Assembly (NCBI RefSeq): GCF_902459465.1
Contig: NC_047066.1
Span: 2,232,001-2,296,000, forward strand
DNA length: 64,000 nt
Direction of reading: 5' to 3'
DNA from: Asterias rubens
Taxonomy: Eukaryota
The position numbers were made by a program, and so were the translations under genes. The notes below the pieces were generated by a model. The model searched no databases. It saw nothing but the letters and a program-made list of their open reading frames with translations, and was not told where the DNA came from. Below, one piece after another: positions 27,342 through 38,455 of the stretch (its first letter is position 1; every line of letters starts with the position of its first letter).

Positions 27342-27728
27342 TTAGTTTATTGGTCCAAGGAAGATTATATTGTGTGGTTCTCCAATCGCCCAATTTTCAT
27401 ATCCATTGTTCTCACCCTTCAACGGACAGTGCTGCCAGTTTCCTTCCTCCTCGATGTCATTGCAACCAAACCAGAGACTGGTGTCAGGTTTCTGATCAAA
27501 CTCATTCAGGAATAGTTCCCATATGTAATCCTGTTCGGATTGTGAGTTTGGGACAGCCAGGTTTCCTCGTGACTCGACACAAGTTCGATTTGCTTGGTAC
27601 CAATCCATCATGTCAGTTAGAAGTAACACGACTCGCCGTATCGGTGCCAATCAAGGGGGCATATTTCAGCGAAGATGCGGCCACAGTAAATCCAAAGAAG
27701 AAGACTTAACACTTGAAATACACGCCTC
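27342..27728 (-). pseudogene. Secreted C-type lectin pseudogene (body, copy 1)
   Basis: RVFQVLSLLLW..CPLDWHRYGESCYF, then a frameshift, then WYQANRTC..LAVPNSQSEQDYIW..LWFGCND..NW..EPH. The 3' part of the CTLD is missing, and the 5' end is cut by the LTR. Confidence 0.82.
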
Positions 27729-28098
27729 TGTGATGACGTTCACCCCGGCCCACATTTATGTTTAGTTCACGCCCACTGGTCATGGTGATTATGTACACCT
27801 GGCTTTTCCATGAAGGTTAACATGCCCCCATGGTGGATGTTATGTAATAGTTAAGTATTTAAGGCACACCCAACGTCGACTCGTGGTCTGTATCCTTCAG
27901 GTGCGCCACCGAGACGACGGTGCATTATTCGTATATTATTTATCAAGTATATTTTCTAGTATTTCATTTGAGTTGTGTTTAAATAAAACATCCTGTTGTG
28001 GGTCTACGTTTTCAAGAAGAAGAACGTTTAAGTTGTGTTTAATTGATAAGTTCGATCCCTTGGGCGGGATGGCTGTGGAGGCCAAACCGTCCATAACA
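27729..28098 (+). mobile_element. Gypsy 5' LTR (copy 1)
   Basis: 370 bp TGT...ACA, followed by PBS and gag. Confidence 0.93.
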
Positions 28099-28100
28099 TA

Positions 28101-28111
28101 TGGTGGAGAAT
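28101..28111 (+). promoter_or_regulatory. Primer-binding site, probably tRNA-Ala
   Basis: TGGTGGAGAAT lies 2 nt after the LTR. It is complementary to a tRNA 3' end ...AUUCUCCACCA, as I recall for eukaryotic tRNA-Ala. Confidence 0.65.
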
Positions 28112-28309
28112 CCGGCGCTGAACTCCCGGTGGCGCACCCTGCCGGTTGGCTGAAGGACGCAGATCCGCTTGGGGATGCAAAAGGTATTTAACTTTATACT
28201 TTATTAATTTGTTTTCTTGTATTCCCCTGGCGTATACTTTATTTTATTGTGCAAATTGTGTATTTTGATTATTATGCCACATTGCAATTTTTATCATATT
28301 TCTATCATA

Positions 28310-29617
28310 ATGGCGAGCAAATATGAATTGAAGTTTAGGGATACTTACTCTGGCACTGAAGATCTTTACTTATTTTTGTGTAGACTAGATAGTTATAGTA
28401 AACTGCGAGACTTTGCAGCCGAGAAAAAGGTTCTGTCACTAGGTTTACGTTTGACTGGCCCTGCTGCTCTATGGTTTGCTGATTTGCCCGATAGCGAGAA
28501 AACTGACTACAAAACAGTCACTGATGCACTCAGACTTGCTTTTGAAGGTGATAGTGTACGATGGGTTAGAGAAGCCAAACTGGCCGAGCGTCAGCAAGGC
28601 GAAAACGAGTCCATTGACTTATATTTCACAGACATAGTGCATCTCAGTAGACAATTACACCGATCAGACAACGAACAGATGGCACGGTTTGTTCGCGGTC
28701 TAAGACCGACGCTAAAAGCGTTCGTAATTTCCAAAGAACCTGAAAATATGGCTCAAGCGATCAATTTTGCACGTCTTGGTGAAAGCGTAGACAAAATTTG
28801 CAAACCACCAGCAATTCAGAGCATTGAACAAAGTACATGTATTAAAGATGAGGTCACCACTAAACTTGACAATTTGCAAACCCAGGTAGATAATATCGTA
28901 AGCCTGATAAATTCCAGCAAACCAGTACCAGTTCAACCACAGCAATTCTTTCGCCATCGCTCAAATCGAAGCCACACTCAAACAGTGCAGATTTAATGGT
29001 GGTTGTAATCGCTGTGGAAAGTACGGTCATAAACAGGCAAACTGCTACTCTAAAGTTCACATCCAAGGTTATCCTTTAAACTGACTCAGCCGCCTACCGT
29101 GACAGGGGTTGGGGTTGGCGGCTGTGACGTTCAAAACGATGACCCCTTGAAAATTAATCTTGAACACAACAGTATGATCTCTATTACCATTGGCGATGAT
29201 ACATTGAAATGTTTGATAGATACGGGTGCCACCAGTAACTTGATTTCTGAAAAATACTATAAAACCAATGTTATTTTCAGACAGTTGCGTTTGTTGAAAC
29301 CTAAATTTGACCATGCAACCACAGCCAATGGTGACAGTGTAAAGATTGTTGGATTTCTCAATGTACCTGTACAAATTTTAGGAGCACAATTTATGGTACC
29401 TTTTTATGTGACAAGTAAATTATATCAAAGTGTTATACTAGGGTCCGAGTTCCTAATGTCACAAAAAGTGTCAATTGATTTTGGGAAATCTAAACTTCGC
29501 ATTCATAGGAAAAATCAGTTGCGTACCTGTACTGAAATTACGGTACCCCCACGTTCACAATCTCTCTGTGAGGTCAGAATAAAAAATTACCTTCCCTCAG
29601 GTGTAATAGGTCATTGT
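28310..29617 (+). pseudogene. Gypsy gag (capsid + CCHC knuckle) and aspartic protease, copy 1
   Basis: MASKYELK..LTGPAALWF..FVRGLRP. The knuckle CNRCGKYGHKQANC sits in a shifted frame. The protease motif LIDTGAT lies after the TTTAAAC -1 site. The region is cut by the hAT TIR at 29618. Confidence 0.9.
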
Positions 29618-30055
29618 CAGGGCGTCGATGGGTGGGGGACGGGGGGGACATGTCCCCCCACTTTTTAGAGAGGGGGGGGACAGCATATCAGATGTCCCCC
29701 ACTTTTTGATAGACTGTTCGTTAGAATTTCCTTACAATTTTTGTTAAAATAAAAGAATAGGCCTAGCGAACAAACGGTGAAATGTTTTCTGCACTTTCAT
29801 CTTTTTCTGATGGACCACGCGCAGAATGGTATTTTGGGTCTATTTCCGTTTCTATAGTACAGACAATAGACGACAAGTTTCGTCCAAGACATGAACGCCA
29901 AATTAGCTTTCAAGTTATGCGTCGTTTGTTGTGTACGTATGCTTTAATGTGCGGTACACGATCCCTCCTCAAAGAAAGTGTGTGCGCACACGTGCAAATG
30001 TATTACATTTTGTTACAATCGCACAACGCACAAATGTTAGTAAAATCAATTAAAA
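29618..30055 (+). mobile_element. hAT transposon 5' end (copy 1)
   Basis: TIR CAGGGCGTCGAT plus G/C-run subterminal palindromes. Flank GGTCATTGT matches GGTCATGGT beside the other TIR. Confidence 0.8.
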
Positions 30056-31194
30056 CTAGACATTAGGTGTTTGTGAACAAACACAAAGCTGTTCCGTCTT
30101 CTTTTGCTTTGAATATGTGTTAACATTACCAAGGAGTCTATAACTGAAAAAAAGTTTGAAAAATGCTGTACAGTGTCTTGAGTTACGGTGCCACTTCATG
30201 GGGTCACGGTAACCTAAGGCTAATCTGTAACGCCCAATGAGTCTGTAACTGAAACAAAGTTAGAAAATCGGTTGTCTAGTTCTTGAGATATGGTGCCACT
30301 TCTGGTTGACCCGGAAGTAGAGGTCAACTTGGGGTCATGGATTTTCAAAGTTTATTTTTAATGCCTTAGGAGGATAAAACTGAACAAACATGATTGAAAA
30401 TCGATTGTATAGTACTTGGTGTATGGTCCCACTTCCGGTTCACCCGGACGTAGAGGCAACATGGGGTCACGAGTTTTCACAGTCAATATTAATGTCAAGG
30501 AGTCTGTAAGTGAAAACAAATTGAAAATCGGTTGAGTAGTTCTTGACCGGGTTGACCCGGAAGTAGAGGTCAAGTTGAGGTCACGGTTTTTTCAAAATTG
30601 TTCTCCTATCCCCAAGGAGTCTTATAACTACAAACAGTCGACATTCTTAAAGAAGAATGTCGTCTTCCTGTGATAATTTATCTCGGAATGTCGACATCCT
30701 AAAAGTAGGATGTCGTCTTGCTGTGATAATTTATCTCGGTATGTCGACATCCTAAACGTCAGTTGTCATCTTCCTGTGATAATTTATCTCGGGAAGTCGA
30801 CATTCTAAAAGAAGAATGTCGTCTTCCTGTGATAATTTATCTCGGAATGTCGATATCCCAAAAGTAGGATGTCGTCTTGCTGTGATAATTTATCTCGGGA
30901 AGTCGACATCCTAAAATTAGGATGTCGTCTTCCTGTGATAACTTATCTCGGGAATTAAGTTGACATCCCGAAAGTAGGATTTCTTTTGTTGAAAGGATTT
31001 TACTTGTATACGTTTTGTTAACTAGTATTACATTTCCAACAATATTTATAATATTCATGGTCATAAACTACGTTAAACTAAAATAATGGACGAAAAAAAA
31101 AGGTCCCACGTAAAACTCCATAAGGTTTGGAACATAATGGTCCCGCAAGTTCAAATACACGCGAGACTTGCTTAGTCTGCACAGAAGGTAATAA
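30056..31194 (-). mobile_element. Helentron/HINE-like element with central 53-bp tandem array (copy 1)
   Basis: On the minus strand it starts TTATTACC with a hairpin and ends GTGTTTGT-tc-ACAAACAC-CTAATGT-CTAGTT in a T run. Confidence 0.55.
30637..30985. repeat. 53-bp tandem array (~6.5 units) of hairpin-forming repeats
   Basis: GTCGACATCCTAAAAGTAGGATGTCGTCTTCCTGTGATAATTTATCTCGGAAT recurs at 30637, 30690, 30743, 30796, 30849 and 30902. Confidence 0.9.
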
Positions 31195-31803
31195 ATAATT
31201 TATTACAAGCAAATGCAATCGTACAATAATAGAAAACAAAAACTAAAAATCAATGCAAAACACATGTAGGGGATGGAGGAGCCCATAAAAAGCAAACCTT
31301 AACGAGTACGGACCCCCTCCCCCCTTTTTTTGTAACGAAGAAAGCAATGTAAGCAATTCTATTTAGTGGGTGTAATCTTATGTAGCGGCAAAACAATTCA
31401 AACTTACAGGAAGAACAAACACAAAAACAGTTAGCGTAAAATAAAACTTAACCATATATTTAAATGAAACAGATAAACAAAATACCCAAAATAAATACTA
31501 GAGAAATTGGGCCCCACAACTCTTGCTGGGAAAAAAACCATGTCTAGACGTTTTGTAGTCACCTTGGTTGGGGAGCGAGGACGATTGCACTTTTGGTATT
31601 GTCATTGTTAAACTCCGGCTCTGAAGTTGTTTATTGGGTGGTGTTGCAGTAGTGCAGGAAGTTTGTTATCGCCACATTATTCAGCGAACCATGAATCATA
31701 CACAGCTACTATTCACAAGAAAATCTATGCGTTGAGGGTAAACAGACAGCACACAATGGAACCACTGGGCTCACACTGTGTGGTCTAGTATAGGAAGATA
31801 TTA

Positions 31804-34800
31804 TGGAACGCCAAAGAGGCATTTAATCATCGGTGATGGTCGTTTGCAACCGGTGATCAAATTTGTCATCGGTGGTGGTCCTATGCGATCGGTGATCAAC
31901 TTTAGCAATCGGTGATAAAACACGATCGGTGGTCCATTTTAGCGATCGGTCATGCATATTCATGATCGGTGATGGTATTAGCGATCGGTCATGCATATTC
32001 ACGACCGGTGATAGCTTTTTGCAATCGGTCAACTTTAGGGATCGGTGATGGCTTTTTGCAATCGGTCTACTTTAGGGATCGGTGATGGCTTTTTGCAATC
32101 GGTCAACTTTAGTGATCGGTGATGGCTTTTTGCATTCGGTCAACTTTAGTGATCGGTGATGGCTTTTTGCAATCGGTCAACTTTAGTGATCGGAGGTGGC
32201 TTTTTGCAATCAGTCAAGTTTAGGGATCGGTGGTGGCTTTTTGCAATCGGTCAACTTTTGCAACCGGTGATGGGATTTTGGGATATCCGAATTTTGCGTC
32301 CGGTCGGTGCAGGCCTACTTCAAAAACTATGATTGTGTAGATTGTGGATATTAATTGTTGTTATTTTCTAGTTCACACCACCGTGGAGGAATAAATTACA
32401 CTCACCAGCGGGTTGAATGACGTGCCAAACATTTTTAGAAGAGTACCTTTTTCTAACTATGTAAGGGGGAACGCAACAAACATCAAATTAATTAGCTCTT
32501 TCTAAAAAATAATAATAATAATAACAAAGGGGTATGAGAGGGTGTGCAAGCGGATATATGTCCCACAATTGGTTGTCGTCTTCCGGAAATGGTGTATGCC
32601 GGGGAAATACAAATAGTTATATTCAGTGAAGGGAAATGTTTTTGAACAAGAGTCTTTTAACCGATAGTTTTGTGTGTTAGGTGAAATCTGAAATCATACA
32701 AGTAGCCCTGTGTAAACAGAGCCGGAGGTGAGAACATTATGACCACACAAAAACCGTTTTTGATCGAAAAAACATAATTTTTATGTGCATCATATGAATG
32801 GGTTTTTTTTAGGACAAGCACAGATATAGTAAAACCGGGACGCACTCAACACGTTTTATAAAAGGCTAGGTAAAGTATCATACAAATATTTCCTTTTAAA
32901 CGGAGAGGCATGTATTAATTGAATCCAAAGCGAAAAACGTACGGTATAAAGTTCTTAATTTAGGGGGGGGGGGGGGCGCAAGGCGAAACAGGTGTTATAA
33001 AGTACTAAAGCGGAAATAATACAGGAGCGAGAAATTCTCAACCAAATCCAGTGTCAGGGAGGGTGGAGGTGTTTGGAAAAGGAAAACATGTTATTGGTGA
33101 GGTCTCTCACTGTTGGAGTCATTGATGACATAATCATATAAAAAAAAAATTTAAAAAAACATTCACTTGACCAGTTTATCTCATAGTTTATCTCCCAATC
33201 ATGGAGGAATGTCCCGATCAACACCCATCTCTGGACGTCCCCAGCAGGAGTCTTCCTGTGTCCATGAACTGTACTGTAGTATAGGTATCTTTAACCACCT
33301 GGCTGCATATCATTATAAAATTGTTAAACCGTACCACGTTTTAATAAGAACCAAGCTTTAGTGCAGTGGCTATGGGAGACAATAAATTCACAATACCCAA
33401 AGGCGTGGGGACAACTTGAGTGACTGGTCTCACTTCATTGATCATCTGTATGTCTATATCTTCTAGAATTTGGAAATCTCCAGTTCAAATACTCATACAA
33501 AAACTAGTGATTTCCTTTTCCAAACTTAATCTGTAAATCTACCGTATCTAAAGTTTAAACTTCTCCTCTGAACAAAGGGGCAAAATTTCATTCCCTGAAC
33601 TATATGCACACAAAAACACACCAACCATGGCCAAACAAAAGCGAATATTGTGAGAAATCTGAGTAGGGTCACTTGTCAAACAAAATGAGAGTATTTTGTC
33701 ATAATTTCATAGAGCAATCATGAAATTCAGAAATATTATCGGTACAGACTCGTATTAGTTGTTCAAAAAACATTTAAAAATATTTGTATTCCCACACCAT
33801 TTCTGGAGGACGACAACCAGTTGGGACATGGATCCCCTTCCGCACCCTCTCCTACCCCGTTGTTATTTTACATTTTAGAAAGAGCTAGCTAATTTGATGT
33901 TTGTTGCGTCCCCCTGACATAGTTATACAATGAGACTCTTCTATGAATGTATGGCAAGTCAGTCAAACAGACTGGTGAGTGGCGTAATCTGCAAACATAG
34001 GTTTTGAAATAGGCTTGCACCGGACGCAAAATACCATCACCGATGATTATTTGCCTCTTTGGCGTGGCGCCAACGCCAAAGAGGCAAATAATCATCGGTG
34101 ATACTTGGCATAAAATGTGTCACTGACCTCATTACTATAATAAGCGAAGAGTTCCCACGGTCAACTCATTACCATATTGCCCGCGAAAGACGAGACATGT
34201 TTACATCACACCACCACCACGGACGCTCAGTGAGCGTGATAGGGTCCAAAGGTTGTGATAAGAGAAGTGCGTGATTGGACGTCAAAATGATTAATTAATT
34301 TACTTCACATCCTGTAGCTGTGTTGTCTGATGTCTGACGAAAGCTATACATATTCATGAGCTGCATACTAGCATATCAAAGAGCCCCCCCCCTTTAATTT
34401 CCTCGTTTGAAAAGGCCTAAAGATATCCTAACCCACACCCTCTCCTACCGATTTGTTATTATTATTTTTTTTAGAAAGAGCTAATTAATTTGATGTTTGT
34501 TGCGCTCCCCCTTACATAGTTATAAAATGGTACTCTTCTAAAAATGTTTGGCAAGTCAGTCAACCCGCTGGTGAGTGTAATATTCCTCCATGGTGGTGTG
34601 AACTAGAAAATAACAACAATTAATATCCACAATCTACACAATCATAGGTTTTGAAGTAGGCCTGCACCGACCGGACGCACAATTCGGAAATCCCAAAAAT
34701 CCACCACCGGTTGCAAAAGTTGACCGATTGCAAAAAGCCAACACCGATCCCTAAAGTTGACCGATTGCAAAAAGCCATCACCGATCCCTAAAGTTGACCG

Positions 34801-35173
34801 ATTGCAAAAAGCCATCACCGGTCACTAAAGTTGACCGATTGCAAAAAGCCATCACCGATCACTAAAGTTGACCGATTGCAAAAAGCCATCACCGATCCCT
34901 AAAGTTGACCGATTGCAAAAAGCCATCACCGATCACTAAAGTTGACCACCGATTGCAAAAAGCCATCACCGGTCGTGAATATGCATGACCGATCGCTAAT
35001 ACCATCACCGATCATGAATATGCATGGCCGATCGCTAAAATGGACCACCGATCGTGTTTTATCACCGATTGCTAAAGTTGATCACCGATCGCATAGGATA
35101 ACCACCGATGACAAATTTGATCACCGGTTGCAAACGACCATCACCGATGATTAAATGCCTCTTTGGCGTTCCA
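31804..35173. mobile_element. Fold-back-type element, duplicate copy
   Basis: Copy of 21077-24446. Confidence 0.75.
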
Positions 35174-35319
35174 TACATTTCTAACATTCAACGCACAACT
35201 TCTGCTTGTTCACATTAAATTTACCTTCATCACAATTAATTGTAATGGGGGTGTGGGTGTGTGTGTGTGTGTTGTAGAATTATATAAAACCAACATTGAG
35301 GAGGAAACCCAATGAAACA

Positions 35320-36375
35320 ATGAATATCAAGACCACCTTCTGTTTTACGTTGATTTACGGACTTTTGGTGTTTGGAGTGGTGTATTTTGTTATGCGTAGA
35401 GATGACAATTTACTCCTGGCACAACGACACAAAACATTGTCTGGTGTAATAACCGTGAGTGGAAGTAGGCCTACTGCACGCAAGAACATCACAATGCAGA
35501 GACCAACCAAAAAACAAAATAAAACCATCGATTTAACCACAGTGGAACCAGTCGTCAATCCTCATCGTTTCGAGTTTACAATACACAACCAAGCTGCCTG
35601 CTTCAACAGGAACAACTCACACGGAGAACTCTTCTTGGTTTTGCTCGTCAAATGTGCAACTTTCGAGAAGTTGGACCGAGAGCAAATCCGGAAAACTTGG
35701 GGAGGTGTCAAGGAGGTTCTCGGTAGACGAGTCCTGACGATGTTTCTTCTAGGGGAGTCAACGGACCCCATCATTCGGAGACAAATTCAAGAGGAAAACC
35801 GTGAATTCCATGATCTTATCCAAGAAGACTTCATCGATGCGTACACAAATCTGACTTACAAAAACATGATGGGACTGAAGTGGGTCTCGATGTACTGCCA
35901 TCAAACCAGCTTTGTATTCAGTGTAGATGCTGACATGATGATTAACATTGTAACACTGGTGAAACGTCTGTCCAAAATGCCCAAGACTAACTTTGCAGAA
36001 GGACATCTTAGGACAAATGTCATCGTAGAAAGAGGAAACAAATCCAAGTGGTACATCCCAAAGGAGGTTTACGCTCCTAAAAGGTATCCACCTTTTCTTA
36101 ATGGCGCTTGCTACGCAATGTCTCGAGATGTAGCTGTGCGTGTCTTTGACAAGAGTAAGTATGTTCCGTTCCTTCGTCTCGATGATGCATTTGTAGGAAT
36201 AACTATGAACAAAACCGGCATCATTCTGCGATTTTCTCCGATGTACGAGCAATATTCGAAGAAGTACTCTGAGGCGATGAAAAAGGGTATTGGAGTTGGA
36301 ATACTTCACAACAGACATCGTCTCAATGATAAAATGTTGAGCCTTTGGCATAAACTAGTTGGATCGCAAATTTAG
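35320..36375 (+). CDS. GT31 beta-1,3-galactosyltransferase-like, copy 2 (identical protein)
   Basis: Translation is identical to 24593-25648. Confidence 0.9.
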   Translation: MNIKTTFCFTLIYGLLVFGVVYFVMRRDDNLLLAQRHKTLSGVITVSGSRPTARKNITMQRPTKKQNKTIDLTTVEPVVNPHRFEFTIHNQAACFNRNNSHGELFLVLLVKCATFEKLDREQIRKTWGGVKEVLGRRVLTMFLLGESTDPIIRRQIQEENREFHDLIQEDFIDAYTNLTYKNMMGLKWVSMYCHQTSFVFSVDADMMINIVTLVKRLSKMPKTNFAEGHLRTNVIVERGNKSKWYIPKEVYAPKRYPPFLNGACYAMSRDVAVRVFDKSKYVPFLRLDDAFVGITMNKTGIILRFSPMYEQYSKKYSEAMKKGIGVGILHNRHRLNDKMLSLWHKLVGSQI

Positions 36376-36757
36376 GACATGTCATACTATATGACGGCCT
36401 TGTGACCAATATTTACGACATGGAGTCCTGTGATTAAGTCGTGAACTTTGTCAGTGTCGTCAGTTTGTATGACTTGGGGTCAAAGTGAGTGTCGTCAATA
36501 TTCAGGACTTGAGGCACAAGTCATGAAATTGGTCGTAATAATGGCGTCAATATTCACGAGTTGAGGCTCAAGTCCTGACTTTTGTCGTAAATACTGGAGT
36601 CAATGTTTATGACTAAAGACACGGAACCCTGAAACAGAGTGTGGCTTTTATTTATAAAATACGTTTAATACTTTTAATTAGTCCTGTCACTATAGACTTA
36701 AATGATGTATCGTACGTACGGCGAAACGCTAGTCCAGCAGTCCGCAGAGAAGCGTTA

Positions 36758-36857
36758 AGCCCGGTTCATACTTCCTTCCTGCGAATTCATAGAGCGAAGC
36801 GAATGTTGACATCAAATTCACGTCAAATTCGCATTCGCAGGAAGTATGAACCGGTCT
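36758..36857. mobile_element. PIF/Harbinger-type MITE, duplicate
   Basis: Copy of 26031-26130. Confidence 0.75.
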
Positions 36858-38068
36858 TTACCGCGGTATTTCTTATATATAGGTTTTCTCGGTCAATTTC
36901 GGAAAATGTGCAGCCAATTTAATTTCATGCATTCGAATTAAAGCTATTTTGTCCCTCTCCGGTTTTTACTGCGTTTCAAATTCAGAACTCGGTCATTCAA
37001 TTTCGTTTTGAGGCATTCAAGTTCCTAGCACACCGATTCTTTTTCATGACACACAATCATCATTCAATTTAGCAGAGCTGGTTCGACTAGAGATTTTGCT
37101 GATTTAATCCTTTTCAATTTCGTAAAGAGGCAATCAATTTCGCTAAACGAGGATTAAAATAAGCCAGGAGTTAAAATGAATGGATTTTTGTTGAAATTGA
37201 CCGGGAAAACCTATAATAGTAATAATAGTAATAAAACATAATAATAATAAAAGGTATTTGTAATGCGCCAAATCAATCGAAGCAGATGTTCAAGGCGCGG
37301 CAGAAACAGCAATATGTAACAAATGAACCCACATTCACATCCACGTGAATGCAATATCATTCAATAATAATAACACATGTATTATGTATACTGGATTAAT
37401 GAGACATGTCATTTGAAAGGGAGAGGTGGGCCTTGAAAAGCGTTTGTTATAAAATGCATATGGTTAGAAAGATGATTTAGAAGTAGAATATATCCACACA
37501 AATATGCCTCTAAATTGTTGCACCATTTTGTGGAGTCAAATGTTTGGTTCTATAATGGCGGGCCGCGTGTTGGAAACCGCGTGTTGGTTCACGATGTAAA
37601 AGGAAGCCCACGTGATTTCGAGGCATATTTGTATGGATCATTGGTTTTTTTTTTTACTCATTTCATAACAAACGCTTTTCATAGCCCAACTTGCCCGATC
37701 CAATGCAATTGTTCCTTTAATGAAGTGAACGTTTGAACAAATTTAGCTAAAAACATAATAAAACAATTCAGGAATTAATTTATAAATTCAAACTTTATGA
37801 GTTCTAACTTTGAAAAGAAAACAACACTTATGGAACAGTATCATAAAGGTAATCACCCTGTTTCCAATTACAGTAATGAATGCTAAATTCGTTGCGCAAA
37901 CATGGCACCAGACTATTATTTCGTCCAGCCTCAGTTTGGTTACAATGAGTTGGAATGGAGTAAAATCAAGATGGCCACGCCGTGCTAAAGGTCTATTCTT
38001 AGTGTCGGACTCTGTTATAAATTGCATATTATAACATATTTTTAATAGTCCGACGAAGAATTCTTACT

Positions 38069-38455
38069 TTAGTTTATTGGTCCAAGGAAGATTATATTGT
38101 GTGGTTCTCCAATCGCCCAATTTTCATATCCATTGTTCTCACCCTTCAACGGACAGTGCTGCCAGTTTCCTTCCTCCTCGATGTCATTGCAACCAAACCA
38201 GAGACTGGTGTCAGGTTTCTGATCAAACTCATTCAGGAATAGTTCCCATATGTAATCCTGTTCGGATTGTGAGTTTGGGACAGCCAGGTTTCCTCGTGAC
38301 TCGACACAAGTTCGATTTGCTTGGTACCAATCCATCATGTCAGTTAGAAGTAACACGACTCGCCGTATCGGTGCCAATCAAGGGGGCATATTTCAGCGAA
38401 GATGCGGCCACAGTAAATCCAAAGAAGAAGACTTAACACTTGAAATACACGCCTC
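38069..38455 (-). pseudogene. C-type lectin pseudogene body, copy 2
   Basis: Copy of 27342-27728. Confidence 0.82.

Larger units (their letters stand above)
20932..31658. repeat. Tandem duplication B, copy 1 (10,727 bp)
   Basis: Matches 31659-42389 at offset 10727, with 4-bp microhomology AAGT at the junction. Confidence 0.97.
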
